Of a DNA stretch of 64,000 nt, positions 9,111-19,219 are shown piece by piece; within the stretch, counting starts at the first letter, position 1, and every line of letters begins with the position of its first letter. This DNA is from an uncultured delta proteobacterium (GTDB lineage Bacteria; Myxococcota_A; Polyangia; Polyangiales; Polyangiaceae), in the NCBI GenBank assembly GCA_963850305.1, contig CAWKKR010000001.1:192001-256000 (forward strand). Reading direction: 5' to 3'. The position numbers were made by a program, and so were the translations under genes. The notes beneath the pieces were generated by a model. That model ran no database searches, had not been told where the DNA came from, and was given only the letters and a program-made list of their open reading frames with translations.

Positions 9111-10922
9111 TCACGCGGACATTCGGGCGGTGCGTGTCCCGCCGGCCATTGCGGCAAACTTGGCCGAGGTGCTGGAGAGCACGCGACGGTGCTCGGCGGG
9201 TGCGAGCAGGAAGCGGACGAACCCGAAAGTCACCACGACCCCGAGCACCGCGACGATCAACTGCGTCACATCCGACACGACGCCGAGACCGGCCATGACG
9301 GACGGACCCGCCGCCTGGATCGCCAGGATGGCCAGCCCCGTCACCATGACGTTCGCGAGGGACGCAGGCAACAGCACACGCCAGCCGAGCCGCATCAGCT
9401 GGTCGTATCGGAACCGTGGGAGCGTCCACCGAATCGTCAACTGGATCATGCAGAGGGCGACCGTCTTCACCACGAACCCGAAGAAGCCGATGAAGATCAC
9501 GAAGCCCTGGGTCAAGGGTTGCGACGCGAATACGTGGTCGCCAATGGCGATGTGAAGTCCGCCCCGATCGATGAACGGCAGGTGCCAGCCGCCGAAGAAG
9601 ATCGCCGCCATCAGCGCGCTCGAGGTCACCACGGCGATGTATTCGGCGAAGAAAAACATCGCGAACTTCATGCCCGAGTATTCCGTGAAGTAGCCAGCCA
9701 CGAGCTCGCTCTCGCCTTCGGGAAGGTCGAACGGAATCCGCTTCGACTCCGCGACGGACGCCGCGAAAAACAGGATGAAGCCGAGCGGTTGTACGAAGAC
9801 GCCCCACGTGTTCGCCGCTTGCCACCGCACCATTTCGTCGATGCGGAGAGTGCCGTACGTCATCACGGCGCCGACCATCGTCAACCCCAGGGTCACTTCA
9901 TACGAGACCATCTGGCTGGCGGCGCGAAGACCTCCGAGCAGGCTGAACTTGTTGTCGCTCGACCAGCCGGCGAGCGCGGCTCCGACGATGCCGGTCCCGG
10001 CGAGGGCGAAGAAATAGAGCAACCCGATGTTCAAGTTCGCAACCTGAAGCCCGACGGCGTGGTCCGGGCAGATGCCCTCGCGAGGAACCAGCGGCAGCAG
10101 GTGCCGCGGATCGAGACGCCCTGCTTTGATGAGCATCAGCGGGCCGAGCTTCACGTCGGTGGGGGCCTCGGCGAAGCAGAGTGTGTCGCCGAACGGGACC
10201 GTGCCCAGGACGACCAGCGCCGGAAAGAACGAAATGATCGGCGCAATGCTGTGAAGGAACCGGTCTGCATTCGGAGGAATGAAGTCCTCCTTGAAGGCGG
10301 TCTTCAACCCATCGGCGGCGGGGTGAAGCAAGCCGAGCAGACGAATACCGACGCGGTCATCCCGCATCTGGACCACGCCGTAGGCGGCGCTTGCAAAGAT
10401 GAGCACCGCGAGCAGCGCGGCTCCGCCGCGATACATCACCTCTCGCACCACCGTGCCGCCGCTCGAATCTCCGAGGAGGCTGACGAGCAGCAGCAGGCCC
10501 ACATGCGCGACGAGGCCGGCGTAGAAGAAGACCCGAGGATCCCCGACGGACCGGATGAAACGGTCGAAACTGCTCCTCACTCCGCGCCGCTGGACCGCCC
10601 CCGCGATGACGATCGCCGCGAACCAGCTCATGAAGATCGCGCCCTGTCCGAACAGCATCGCGTCGCCAGAGTTCGTGTCGTCTTGCTTGTTCGCGACCGT
10701 GAAGAGCACGATACCCGCCGCGATCACCACAGCAGGTAAGAACGCGAGCCCCTGGGCCACGCGCCGCGGCAACCAGATCACCGCGCGCTCGGGGCCCACG
10801 CGATCCTGGAGCAAAGCGCCGTAGCGCCGGTCGGCCCACGTGAGCAGAACGGCCACGTTCATCGCGAACATGACGACGAAGAACGCCTTCGCGAACATGA
10901 AGAGGTATTCGATACCGCTCAC
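9111..10922 (-). CDS. nuoH: NADH-quinone oxidoreductase subunit H, enlarged (~603 aa)
   Basis: QDRVGP, HPAADGLK..KED, GWSSDNKFSLLGGLRAASQMVSYE, RIPFDLPEGESELVAGYFTEYSG, RWTLPRFRYDQLM. GTG 10922 overlaps the nuoG TGA. Confidence 0.92.
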   Translation of the reverse strand: MSGIEYLFMFAKAFFVVMFAMNVAVLLTWADRRYGALLQDRVGPERAVIWLPRRVAQGLAFLPAVVIAAGIVLFTVANKQDDTNSGDAMLFGQGAIFMSWFAAIVIAGAVQRRGVRSSFDRFIRSVGDPRVFFYAGLVAHVGLLLLVSLLGDSSGGTVVREVMYRGGAALLAVLIFASAAYGVVQMRDDRVGIRLLGLLHPAADGLKTAFKEDFIPPNADRFLHSIAPIISFFPALVVLGTVPFGDTLCFAEAPTDVKLGPLMLIKAGRLDPRHLLPLVPREGICPDHAVGLQVANLNIGLLYFFALAGTGIVGAALAGWSSDNKFSLLGGLRAASQMVSYEVTLGLTMVGAVMTYGTLRIDEMVRWQAANTWGVFVQPLGFILFFAASVAESKRIPFDLPEGESELVAGYFTEYSGMKFAMFFFAEYIAVVTSSALMAAIFFGGWHLPFIDRGGLHIAIGDHVFASQPLTQGFVIFIGFFGFVVKTVALCMIQLTIRWTLPRFRYDQLMRLGWRVLLPASLANVMVTGLAILAIQAAGPSVMAGLGVVSDVTQLIVAVLGVVVTFGFVRFLLAPAEHRRVLSSTSAKFAAMAGGTRTARMSA

Positions 10923-12523
10923 GACGATGCTCCCGCGATCGCCGGAGCACCCGGCGTCTTCGGAATGGCATCGGTCGACATGGATTTTCGGACGTCCGCG
11001 ACCCTTCGCCAGCCGAAGTCGTGACCGAGCCGCGCGGCGATGCCCGCGACGAGCTTCCACGCGGGCCGGGAGTCGCCGCGGGTGCCGATCGCCTGTTCGC
11101 TCTCCTGCGCTAGACCCGTTGCGTTGACGAACGTGCCGTCGGACTCCGCCCAGCTCGACGCAGGCAGGAGAATCGTCGCCGATCGCGCAAGAGGGCCGTC
11201 GTGAGTCGCGAGAACGATCCGCGACTTGGCCGATGAGAACGCGGCGGCGTCGGCGAGATCGCGGGTGTCGGAGCCGAGTGCGAGCACCGTGGAGAACTCG
11301 GCCATGGTGATCGCTGCCGCGAGATCCTGCATCGACCGGGGCGCGGTGGCGCCTGCGAGCGCCCGAATGCCGCGCGTGTTCGGGTTCTTGTCCACGTTTC
11401 GCAGGATCTTGTCGCCCTCACCGTCAGGGCGGCCCCCGAGGAACAGATTGTTCGTGCCGAGGAGTCTCGCGAGCGCGAGCAGCGCAAAGTTGTCTTCGTT
11501 CGAGTGCTGGGCACTGAGCACGACCGCGAGCCGCTCCGCGGGAACGCCCTTCAAGGCCTTCGCGGCGTGGTCCAGCGCGGCGCCGAGCGTCGCGCCTTCC
11601 TTGTCGAGGGTCGACTCGAGGACACGGTGCTCGGCGACGCGGTGGTAATCGAGCATGCCCTCGTCGCACATCCAGTACTTGTTGACGGCCTGGTTCTCGC
11701 GCGGGCGATGGCGATGGACCTTCCCGTCGCGCGGATCGTAATCGAGGAACGCGTTGCAACCCGTCGCGCAGCCCTGGCAAACGGTGCGAGCGCTCCGGAG
11801 AAACCAGACGCGCGCCTTGAAGCGGAAATCTTGCGCCGTGAGCGCGCCCACGGGGCAGACGTATTCCGTCATCAGCGTATAGGGATTGTCGAGCTCGCGG
11901 CCCGGCGCGACGACGACCTCGGTCAGGTTGCCGCGCTGGCGCAGGGCGAGGACGGGATCCTTTGCCACCTCATCCACGAAGCGAATGCACCGCGTACACA
12001 CGATGCAGCGCTCCGCGTCGTAGACGATGGTCGGTCCGAACACGACGGCCTTGGGCTTGTGCACCGGCTCGTCGCGCATTCGCTTCGACGTCCCCTGATG
12101 CTCCAGCCAGTAGTCCTGGAGTCGGCACTCGCCGGCCTGGTCGCAGATCGGGCAGTCCACCGGGTGGTTCAGGAGCAGCAGTTCCTGCACCGCGGCGCGC
12201 GCGCGCTCGACGTGTGGACTGGACGAACTCCGGACCTCCATGCCGTCGACCGCCGCCATCTGACACGCGGGCTGGAGCTTCGGTTTCTTCTGATCGACGT
12301 ATTCGCCCTTCTCGCTGTCCCAGGCGAGCACGGCCAGCGCCATCGCGGGTCGTCCGGGTGGCGGCAGAATCTCGACGAGACACATGCGGCAGTTCGCGAC
12401 GACGCTGAGCCCCGGATGCCAGCAATAGTGCGGAATGTCGATGCCGACACGCTCGGCCGCGCGAATGATGGTGTCCCCTGGCTCGAAGGGGATCTCGATG
12501 TCGTCTAGCTTGAAGGTAGGCAT
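10919..12523 (-). CDS. nuoG: NADH-quinone oxidoreductase subunit G (short form, 534 aa)
   Basis: N1b (HYCWH..CRMC..PAC), N5 (HPVDCPICDQAGEC), N4 (CIVCTRC..CPVGAL), N7-type (CQGCATGC..MCDEG) motifs. Confidence 0.9.
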   Translation of the reverse strand: MPTFKLDDIEIPFEPGDTIIRAAERVGIDIPHYCWHPGLSVVANCRMCLVEILPPPGRPAMALAVLAWDSEKGEYVDQKKPKLQPACQMAAVDGMEVRSSSSPHVERARAAVQELLLLNHPVDCPICDQAGECRLQDYWLEHQGTSKRMRDEPVHKPKAVVFGPTIVYDAERCIVCTRCIRFVDEVAKDPVLALRQRGNLTEVVVAPGRELDNPYTLMTEYVCPVGALTAQDFRFKARVWFLRSARTVCQGCATGCNAFLDYDPRDGKVHRHRPRENQAVNKYWMCDEGMLDYHRVAEHRVLESTLDKEGATLGAALDHAAKALKGVPAERLAVVLSAQHSNEDNFALLALARLLGTNNLFLGGRPDGEGDKILRNVDKNPNTRGIRALAGATAPRSMQDLAAAITMAEFSTVLALGSDTRDLADAAAFSSAKSRIVLATHDGPLARSATILLPASSWAESDGTFVNATGLAQESEQAIGTRGDSRPAWKLVAGIAARLGHDFGWRRVADVRKSMSTDAIPKTPGAPAIAGASS

Positions 12524-13739
12524 TTAGCGGTCACACTCCCCGCCGATCATGTTCAAGGATCCGAAGCACGGCACGATATCCGCGACCATCTGCCCGGTGA
12601 TGACGCGCTCGAGCCCGCCCGTGACGAGAAAGCACGGGGGGCGAATGCGCACGCGGTACGGCGTACCGCTCCCGTCGCTGACGAGATAGAAGCCGAGCTC
12701 GCCGTTACCCGCTTCCGTGTAGGCGTACGTTTCGCCGGCGGGGATCTTGAGCCCCTCCATCACGATCTTGAAATGGCGGATGGTGCCCTCGATCGTCGAA
12801 TAGACGTCGCTCTTCGGCGGCAGAATGACGCGAGGATCGTCGACGTTCACCGGGCCCGAATCCGCCATCCGCTCGAGGCACTGTTCGATGATCCGGGCGC
12901 TCTGCTTGAGCTCTTCGATCCGCATCATGAAGCGGTCGTAGCAATCCCCGGCTTGTCCGACGGGAACGTCGAACTCCACCTCCGCGTACTTGAGGTAGGG
13001 GTGCGCCTTGCGGACGTCGTAAGGGACACCGCTCGCCCGGAGACACGGTCCGGTCCATCCGAGCGAAATGGCGTCTTCGGCGCTGATGATGCCGATCCCC
13101 TCGAGACGATCGAGGAAGATCCGGTTGCCGAGCAACAGCCGCTCGACCTCCGCGATGACCTTCAGGATCTGATCGACCGTCGCGCGGGTCGTCTCCTTGA
13201 ACCCCTCGGTTGGGGGATTCGCCATGCCGCCCACGCGCCCGAAGCTGTGGGTGAGACGCGCGCCCGTCTCCTCCTCCATGATGTCCCAGATCATCTCGCG
13301 CGCTTTGATCATCCAGAGGAACGGTGTGAACGCGCCGAGCTCCATCGCCATCGCGCCGTCGCACGTCAGATGGTCCGACATCCGCGCGAGCTCGCCGAGC
13401 GCCATGCGGTACCACTGGCAGCGCTCCGGGACCTCGATGCCCAGCATCTTCTCGCACGCGAGCGAGAAGCCCACGTTGTTCAGCATCGGCGAGATGTAGT
13501 TGCAGCGATCGACGTAGGGGTACACCTGCGTCCAGGTGCCGCGCTCGCACATCTTTTCGAAGCCGCGGTGCAGATAGCCGACTTGCACGTCGGCCTTGAC
13601 GATGTTCTCGCCGGTTAGCTCCACGACCGTACGCACGGTGCCGTGCATCGCGGGATGCGCGGGCCCGAGATTCACGCATCATGGGATCGGCGGGCAGCTC
13701 GATCTCGGCTCGGTCCAGGTCTTGGTCCAGGGGCTCCAT
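12524..13739 (-). CDS. nuoD: NADH-quinone oxidoreductase subunit D, frameshift near the N-terminus
   Basis: NLGPAHPAMHG, GYLHRGFEK, C-terminal GGECDR. The likely start MEPLDQDLD (13739) is one base out of frame with VNLGP (shift near 13676-13679). Confidence 0.92.
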
Positions 13740-13751
13740 CGGGTCGCGCCT

Positions 13752-14357
13752 TCAGTTGGGGAACACTTCGGGATCGGGGGCGTCCTCATCCCTCGCCCGA
13801 TCGAACGTTTGACGGCCGAAAGCCATGCCCTCGTCCGTGCGAAACGGGGGCACCTTATCGATAGACGGCAAATCGAGGTACTCCACCAAGGGTTGGATCC
13901 TATCCGCTGGATAATCCTTGCGAAGCGGGTGCCCCTCGAACTCCGGGTAAAGGAGGATGCGGCGAAGATCCGGGTGCCCCTCGAAGACCACGCCGAACAT
14001 GTCCCAGCACTCGCGCTCGAGCCAGTTCGCGCTACCCCAGAGACCGGCGAGCGAGGCGATGCGCGCCCCCTTTCCGTCGCGCTCGCCCGTCCGGGCTTTG
14101 ACGCGCAGGCGGTGCCCCCGGGAGAGTGAATAGAAGTGCGCGACGATCTCGAAGCGCGGCGCTCGGTCCGGGTAGTCCACGGCCGTCAGATCCATGAGCA
14201 TGCTCATTTCCGCCTTCGGCGACGATTTGAGAAATGCCGCGACGTCGTGCCAGCGAACGACGTTCACGACGACCGTTTCGTCCCCGTGCTGCGCATGCGA
14301 CTCGACCACGTCGTTCGTGAACTGTCCTTTGACCAGGTCGACCAGAGCTTTTGACAT
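13752..14357 (-). CDS. nuoC: NADH-quinone oxidoreductase subunit C
   Basis: DLTAVDY, ANWLERECWDMFG, GHPDLRRIL, GHPLRKDYP; start at MSKALV. Confidence 0.93.
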   Translation of the reverse strand: MSKALVDLVKGQFTNDVVESHAQHGDETVVVNVVRWHDVAAFLKSSPKAEMSMLMDLTAVDYPDRAPRFEIVAHFYSLSRGHRLRVKARTGERDGKGARIASLAGLWGSANWLERECWDMFGVVFEGHPDLRRILLYPEFEGHPLRKDYPADRIQPLVEYLDLPSIDKVPPFRTDEGMAFGRQTFDRARDEDAPDPEVFPN

Positions 14358-14373
14358 GAGTTCGTGGTTCCCG

Positions 14374-14958
14374 TCAGACGATCGAATCACGGCGCCGCAC
14401 CTGGACGAGACCGTGCGCGCCCTGGTTGGCGGCAGGGTCGGTGCGCGGTTTCACGGCAGCCGGCGTCCGATCGCCACTCTGGATCTTGTCCATGAGGAGC
14501 ATGAGCCCGTCGAGCACGGCTTCGGGTCGGGGCGGGCACCCAGGGACGTACACGTGACACGGGATGATCTTGTCCACGCCGGCCACGCACGCATAGTTGT
14601 CGTAGAAGCCGCCGCAGGACGCGCATGTACCGAACGCGAGCACCCACTTCGGCTCCGCCATCTGCTCGTAGATGCGCTTCAGGATCGGCGCCTGGCGCTG
14701 CGTGATCGTGCCCACGACCCACAGCAAATCCGACTGCCGCGGCGAGAAGCGTGGGGCCTCCGCGCCGAAGCGCGAGAAGTCGTAGCGCGGACTCGACATG
14801 GCCATGAATTCCATCCCGCAACACGCGGTCACGAAGGGGTACATGAACAGCGAGTATTTCTGCGCCCAGGCGAGCAGCGCCTCCGCCTTCGTCGTCACGA
14901 AACCTTCGCCACCCGCGGGCTCGAGCACGCGCGAGCTCGTGCTTGTCAACTCTCCCAT
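14374..14958 (-). CDS. nuoB: NADH-quinone oxidoreductase subunit B
   Basis: TACCGME, SPRQSD, QMAEPKWV, VPGCPPRPE; start at MGELTS. Confidence 0.94.
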   Translation of the reverse strand: MGELTSTSSRVLEPAGGEGFVTTKAEALLAWAQKYSLFMYPFVTACCGMEFMAMSSPRYDFSRFGAEAPRFSPRQSDLLWVVGTITQRQAPILKRIYEQMAEPKWVLAFGTCASCGGFYDNYACVAGVDKIIPCHVYVPGCPPRPEAVLDGLMLLMDKIQSGDRTPAAVKPRTDPAANQGAHGLVQVRRRDSIV

Positions 14959-15305
14959 TCGAGGGCTCCTTTCTTCCAGCAATAGATCAGTGCCACAACG
15001 AGCGAGAGAATGAAGGTCGTCATCGTCGCAAATCCGGCCCAGCCGAGCCCCTTGAAGAGGGTTGCCCAGGGGTAGACGAACACCACCTCCACGTCGAAAA
15101 CGACGAACAGGATGGCCGTCATGTAGAACTTGACGCTCATCTTCGACCCGCGCCCGCCCTCGGTGTCGTTCCCGCACTCGAAAGGCATCATCTTCTCGGC
15201 GGTCGGATTCTTGGGCCCGAGGAGCGCGCCGAGGGAGAACATCGCGCCGCAGATGACCAGCGCAATGGCGAACATGATGAACATCGGAAGGTAGAGCTCG
15301 AACAT
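14946..15305 (-). CDS. nuoA: NADH-quinone oxidoreductase subunit A
   Basis: PFECG, ILFVVFDVE, KKGALEW; three hydrophobic helices. Confidence 0.94.
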   Translation of the reverse strand: MFELYLPMFIMFAIALVICGAMFSLGALLGPKNPTAEKMMPFECGNDTEGGRGSKMSVKFYMTAILFVVFDVEVVFVYPWATLFKGLGWAGFATMTTFILSLVVALIYCWKKGALEWES

Positions 15306-15365
15306 GCCCTCTTCTTGCCGCTGCCGGCGTCGTTAAATGGCCGAAATTACGGCGATCGGTCGCGA

Positions 15366-15394
15366 TGTCTAACGCTACGCGGAGGGCCTGTCAA
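15366..15394 (-). promoter_or_regulatory. Sigma70-type promoter of the nuo cluster
   Basis: Minus strand TTGACA-17 nt-TAGACA; perfect -35 and ideal spacer, about 60 nt upstream of nuoA. Confidence 0.65.
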
Positions 15395-15413
15395 CGTGGG
15401 CCGGAGCCTCGCT

Positions 15414-16589
15414 CTACGAGCGGGTTTTAGCCTCTTCCTCGCCGACGAGGTCGCGCCAGCTCGAAAGGGCTCGCCCGAGCTGTGCTTCCACGGCCAGGCG
15501 CACATCCGCTATCGCCGCTTCATCGACCCCGGAGGTTCGCGCCTCCAGCACGGCTCCATACGCCGCGACCGAGCGCCCTCGATCGAGGAACGCCCGCGCA
15601 AGCAGGGGCCAGACGCGGTCCCCCGACGCTCCGAGGTTCGCCGCCCGCCGGAGGGGGCCGATGGCCTCTCCGGCGCGATCGTCGTCGAGCAGCGCCTCGC
15701 CGAGACGTCCGTAAATCTCGGCGGCGCCCGGGCCGTCGCCCGCATACTGGACGGCCAGGCGGAGCACCTCTTCGCCCTGGGCCGAATCGCCGGTGCGGAC
15801 GCAAGCCGACCCGAGCAGCCCGAGACCCTTCGCGATGATCCCCCGGGTCTCGGCGTTCAACATTTGCCCTTCAGCCGTCCGGAGAAAAATCGTGAGAGGG
15901 CCCGGCCACTGGCCGAGTAACTGGACGACGCGCGCATGATCGTCCCGCGACGCGGCTTCTTCCGCGGCCTTGACGTGGGACAAATCGATGGCGCTCCGAC
16001 CGCCGGGCTTGGCGATGCGCGAAAGCTCCTGCCGGACGTGAGCGCGAATCCGCTCACGAAAGGCGAGGAGCGAAAACAGCTCCTCGACCCCGTCCTGCAG
16101 GAGGCGGATCGAAGATCCCGAGTTGCCCACCAGCAACTCGGTGAGACTGTACCCATAGAGCGGCGCGAGCAGGAGATAACGCACGCCCACGTGGAGCTGA
16201 ATGGCCTCAGTGTCCGTGAGTCGCTTCGGCGCGGGCCCCGACGGTTCATCCGCCACGAGCGCGCTCACGAGCCGTCGCCGGAACTCGGCGAGCGTGAGCC
16301 GCTGCGTGTCGGCGCGCGTCGCTTCGTCGTCGCCCGTCCCGACGGTGAAGTCGACCAGGGTGTTGTCGGGATTCCGCCGATCGACGGTGAGCGCCGTGAT
16401 GCGGGCGCCCGTGATCATCGAAAACGCGAAGAACCGCTCCCCGACGATCTCGCAAAGCGCCTGGAAGCTACCGACGCTCTCCCCTATCCGCTCGAACCAA
16501 CCATCAGTACGGATCGCCGCAAGGGGGAATACCTGCTCGACGGGCATGAGTGGAACCTTCATCCTCGCACGGACGATTCCGTCCTTCAA
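15414..16589 (-). CDS. Hypothetical protein: duplicated unrecognised N-terminal domain plus C-terminal TPR repeats
   Basis: TPR pattern in YGRLGEALL..AGEAIGPLRRAA, VWPLLARAFL; TTG start overlaps the upstream TGA. Confidence 0.75.
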   Translation of the reverse strand: MKDGIVRARMKVPLMPVEQVFPLAAIRTDGWFERIGESVGSFQALCEIVGERFFAFSMITGARITALTVDRRNPDNTLVDFTVGTGDDEATRADTQRLTLAEFRRRLVSALVADEPSGPAPKRLTDTEAIQLHVGVRYLLLAPLYGYSLTELLVGNSGSSIRLLQDGVEELFSLLAFRERIRAHVRQELSRIAKPGGRSAIDLSHVKAAEEAASRDDHARVVQLLGQWPGPLTIFLRTAEGQMLNAETRGIIAKGLGLLGSACVRTGDSAQGEEVLRLAVQYAGDGPGAAEIYGRLGEALLDDDRAGEAIGPLRRAANLGASGDRVWPLLARAFLDRGRSVAAYGAVLEARTSGVDEAAIADVRLAVEAQLGRALSSWRDLVGEEEAKTRS

Positions 16590-17485
16590 CGCCGCCAGTG
16601 ACGACAGACCGACATTATCCCGCAGCCCTCACAGCGCCGCTCGTCCCGCCTAGAGGGGCACCGCTGGAGCATGCCTAGGTGGCAGAGCGGGAAATCGAAC
16701 CGGACCGGATCCGCGGGATCCAGACGTCTCAGCGCGGCGGTGATCTCCTCGGTGGTCGCCCATGTGAGGGTGGACCGATCCGTGAACCCGAGGTTCCGCG
16801 AGAGCTTGTAGATGTGGGTGTCGACGGGCACGAGCAGGATGGCCGGGGAAACGGACTTCCAGACGCCCAGGTCGACGCCGTCGTCCCGTCGCACCATCCA
16901 GCGCAGGTACAGCAGCAGCCGTTTGCAGCCGCTCGTCTTGCCCGGATCGGCGAGAATGTGAGCGGCGCCGCGCCGTGTCTCGGCCCTGGCGTCGAGACCA
17001 CCCGCGCTCCGGATCTGACGAACCCAATCGGCGAGCGCCGGCCGGAGTTCGCCGTGCTTCTCGAGGAGCTCCACGAAGCAGCGCTCGAGGGTGCCATGGG
17101 ACCGCTGCACACGCCGTGCACCGATGAGGAGTCGCGCGACGTCTTCCCCGCGGTACACGCGATGCTTCCATCCGTCGAGCGCCGCGAACACGCCGAGCTC
17201 GTCATCAGCGGCGCGAACGAGCGACCCGCCCAGCCGATCGAACGCGTCGCCCACCTTCGCCGTCAGTGCCTTCGCGTTCCCGAACGCGAGGCACGCGGCC
17301 ACGAGGCCCGCCAGCTCGAGTTCGCGCGCGCCCCGGTATCGCCGTACGGGCCCTATCGGATCCGCGCCGAGCCGCGCGGCGCGGTCGCACGCCGCATCGA
17401 CGCGAAGAATCGCACGAAAAATGTCCGCCTCCGGCGCCCGTGCAGCTCTCCGGTGCGTCTTCCGGGACGCGGCGCTCGCGGTCAA
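16586..17485 (-). CDS. TIGR02757/DUF2400-family protein
   Basis: [50 protein letters not shown]. Confidence 0.85.
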   Translation of the reverse strand: MTASAASRKTHRRAARAPEADIFRAILRVDAACDRAARLGADPIGPVRRYRGARELELAGLVAACLAFGNAKALTAKVGDAFDRLGGSLVRAADDELGVFAALDGWKHRVYRGEDVARLLIGARRVQRSHGTLERCFVELLEKHGELRPALADWVRQIRSAGGLDARAETRRGAAHILADPGKTSGCKRLLLYLRWMVRRDDGVDLGVWKSVSPAILLVPVDTHIYKLSRNLGFTDRSTLTWATTEEITAALRRLDPADPVRFDFPLCHLGMLQRCPSRRDERRCEGCGIMSVCRHWRR

Positions 17486-19128
17486 CGCACCGGCAACTTG
17501 GGAGAGCGCTGCTGTCCCCCGATGTCGGCGAAGAAGTCATTGCCCTTGTCGTCCACGACGATGAAGGCGGGGAAATCCGCGACCTCTATCTTCCATACCG
17601 CTTCCATCCCGAGCTCGGGATACTCGAGGACCTCTACCTTCTTGATGCAGTCCTTGGCGAGCCGCGCCGCGGGCCCGCCGATCGAGCCCAGGTAAAAGCC
17701 GCCGTACTTCTTGCAAGCTTCGGTGACGGCGCGTGACCGGTTCCCCTTCGCGAGCATGACGAAGCTACCGCCGTTCGCCTGGAAGACGTCGACGTACGCG
17801 TCCATGCGACCAGCCGTGGTCGGACCGAACGAGCCGGACGCGTACCCTTCGGGGGTCTTTGCCGGCCCGGCGTAGTAGACGGCAAACTCTCGCAGATACT
17901 CCGGGAGGCCAAGGCCGCGATCGAGCCGCTCCTTGAGCTTCGCGTGAGCGATATCGCGAGCGACGATCATCGGACCGCTGAGCGACAGGCGTGTCTTGAT
18001 CGGATATTTGGACAGCTCGGCGCGCACGTCGCTCATCGGACGGCCGAGATCGATCTTCACCGCGTCCCCGGGCAGATCCTCGTGCGTCGTGTCGGGCAAA
18101 TACTTGGCGGGGTCACGCTCGAGCTCCTCGAGATACACGCCATCCTTCGTGATCTTGCCGAGCGCCTGACGATCCGCGGAGCAGGAGACGGCGATGGCGA
18201 CGGGGCAGCTCGCGCCGTGCCGCGCGAGGCGCACGACGCGCACGTCGTGGCAAAAGTATTTACCGCCGAACTGCGCGCCGATCCCCGTCCGTTGCGCGAG
18301 CTGCAACACCTGTTGCTCGAGCTCCAGGTCCCGGAACCCGCGCCCGAGACGATTGCCCTCCGCGGGGAGCGTGTCGAGATACCGGGCGGAGGCGAGCTTG
18401 GCGGTCTTCAGCGCGTACTCGGCGCTCGTCCCTCCGATCACGATGGCCAGATGGTACGGCGGGCACGCGGCCGTGCCGAGAGCCCGGATCTTCTCTTCGA
18501 GGAAGGCGAGCAGTCGCTCGGGGTTGAGGAGCGCTTTCGTCTCCTGAAAGAGGTAGCTCTTGTTCGCGGAGCCCCCGCCCTTCGCCATGAACAGGAACTT
18601 GTAAGCGTCGCCATCCGTCGCGAAGATCTCGATCTGCGCGGGCAAATTGTTCCCCGTGTTGACCTCCTGGTACATGTCGAGGGGCGCCATCTGCGAATAC
18701 CGGAGGTTCGACGTCTCGTACGTGTCGAACACGCCGTGCGCTATCGCCTCCTCGTCGCGCCCGCCCGTGAGGACGTACTGCCCCTTCTTCCCCATCACGA
18801 TCGCCGTGCCGGTGTCCTGGCACATGGGGAGCACGCCTCCCGCAGCGATGTTCGCGTTCTTGAGGAGATCCTCCGCGACGAATCGGTCGTTCGGCGACGC
18901 TTCCGGATCCTTCAGGATATTGGCCAGCTGCGCGAGGTGACCCGGTCGCAGCAAGTGAGCGATGTCCCGCATCGCTTCTCGCGTGAGCAACCGGAGCGCC
19001 TCGGACTCCACCTTCACGAACAGCTTGCCGTCCGCGGTGAACGTCGAGACGTGGTCCTTCGTCAGCAGGCGATACGGCGTCTCGTCCTTGCCGAGGGGGA
19101 GCATTTCCTGGAACTGGAAGTCGGGCAT
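17482..19128 (-). CDS. fumA: Fumarate hydratase, class I (Fe-S)
   Basis: [43 protein letters not shown]; start at MPDFQFQE. Confidence 0.93.
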   Translation of the reverse strand: MPDFQFQEMLPLGKDETPYRLLTKDHVSTFTADGKLFVKVESEALRLLTREAMRDIAHLLRPGHLAQLANILKDPEASPNDRFVAEDLLKNANIAAGGVLPMCQDTGTAIVMGKKGQYVLTGGRDEEAIAHGVFDTYETSNLRYSQMAPLDMYQEVNTGNNLPAQIEIFATDGDAYKFLFMAKGGGSANKSYLFQETKALLNPERLLAFLEEKIRALGTAACPPYHLAIVIGGTSAEYALKTAKLASARYLDTLPAEGNRLGRGFRDLELEQQVLQLAQRTGIGAQFGGKYFCHDVRVVRLARHGASCPVAIAVSCSADRQALGKITKDGVYLEELERDPAKYLPDTTHEDLPGDAVKIDLGRPMSDVRAELSKYPIKTRLSLSGPMIVARDIAHAKLKERLDRGLGLPEYLREFAVYYAGPAKTPEGYASGSFGPTTAGRMDAYVDVFQANGGSFVMLAKGNRSRAVTEACKKYGGFYLGSIGGPAARLAKDCIKKVEVLEYPELGMEAVWKIEVADFPAFIVVDDKGNDFFADIGGQQRSPKLPVR

Positions 19129-19219
19129 CGTTCTCCGATTGGGGCAGCTCGCCGTCGCCGGCAGCGGCGAGCATAGCGCCACTTCCTCGGTCCGCCGCAC
19201 CCAGAGTAAACTGCCGTGC

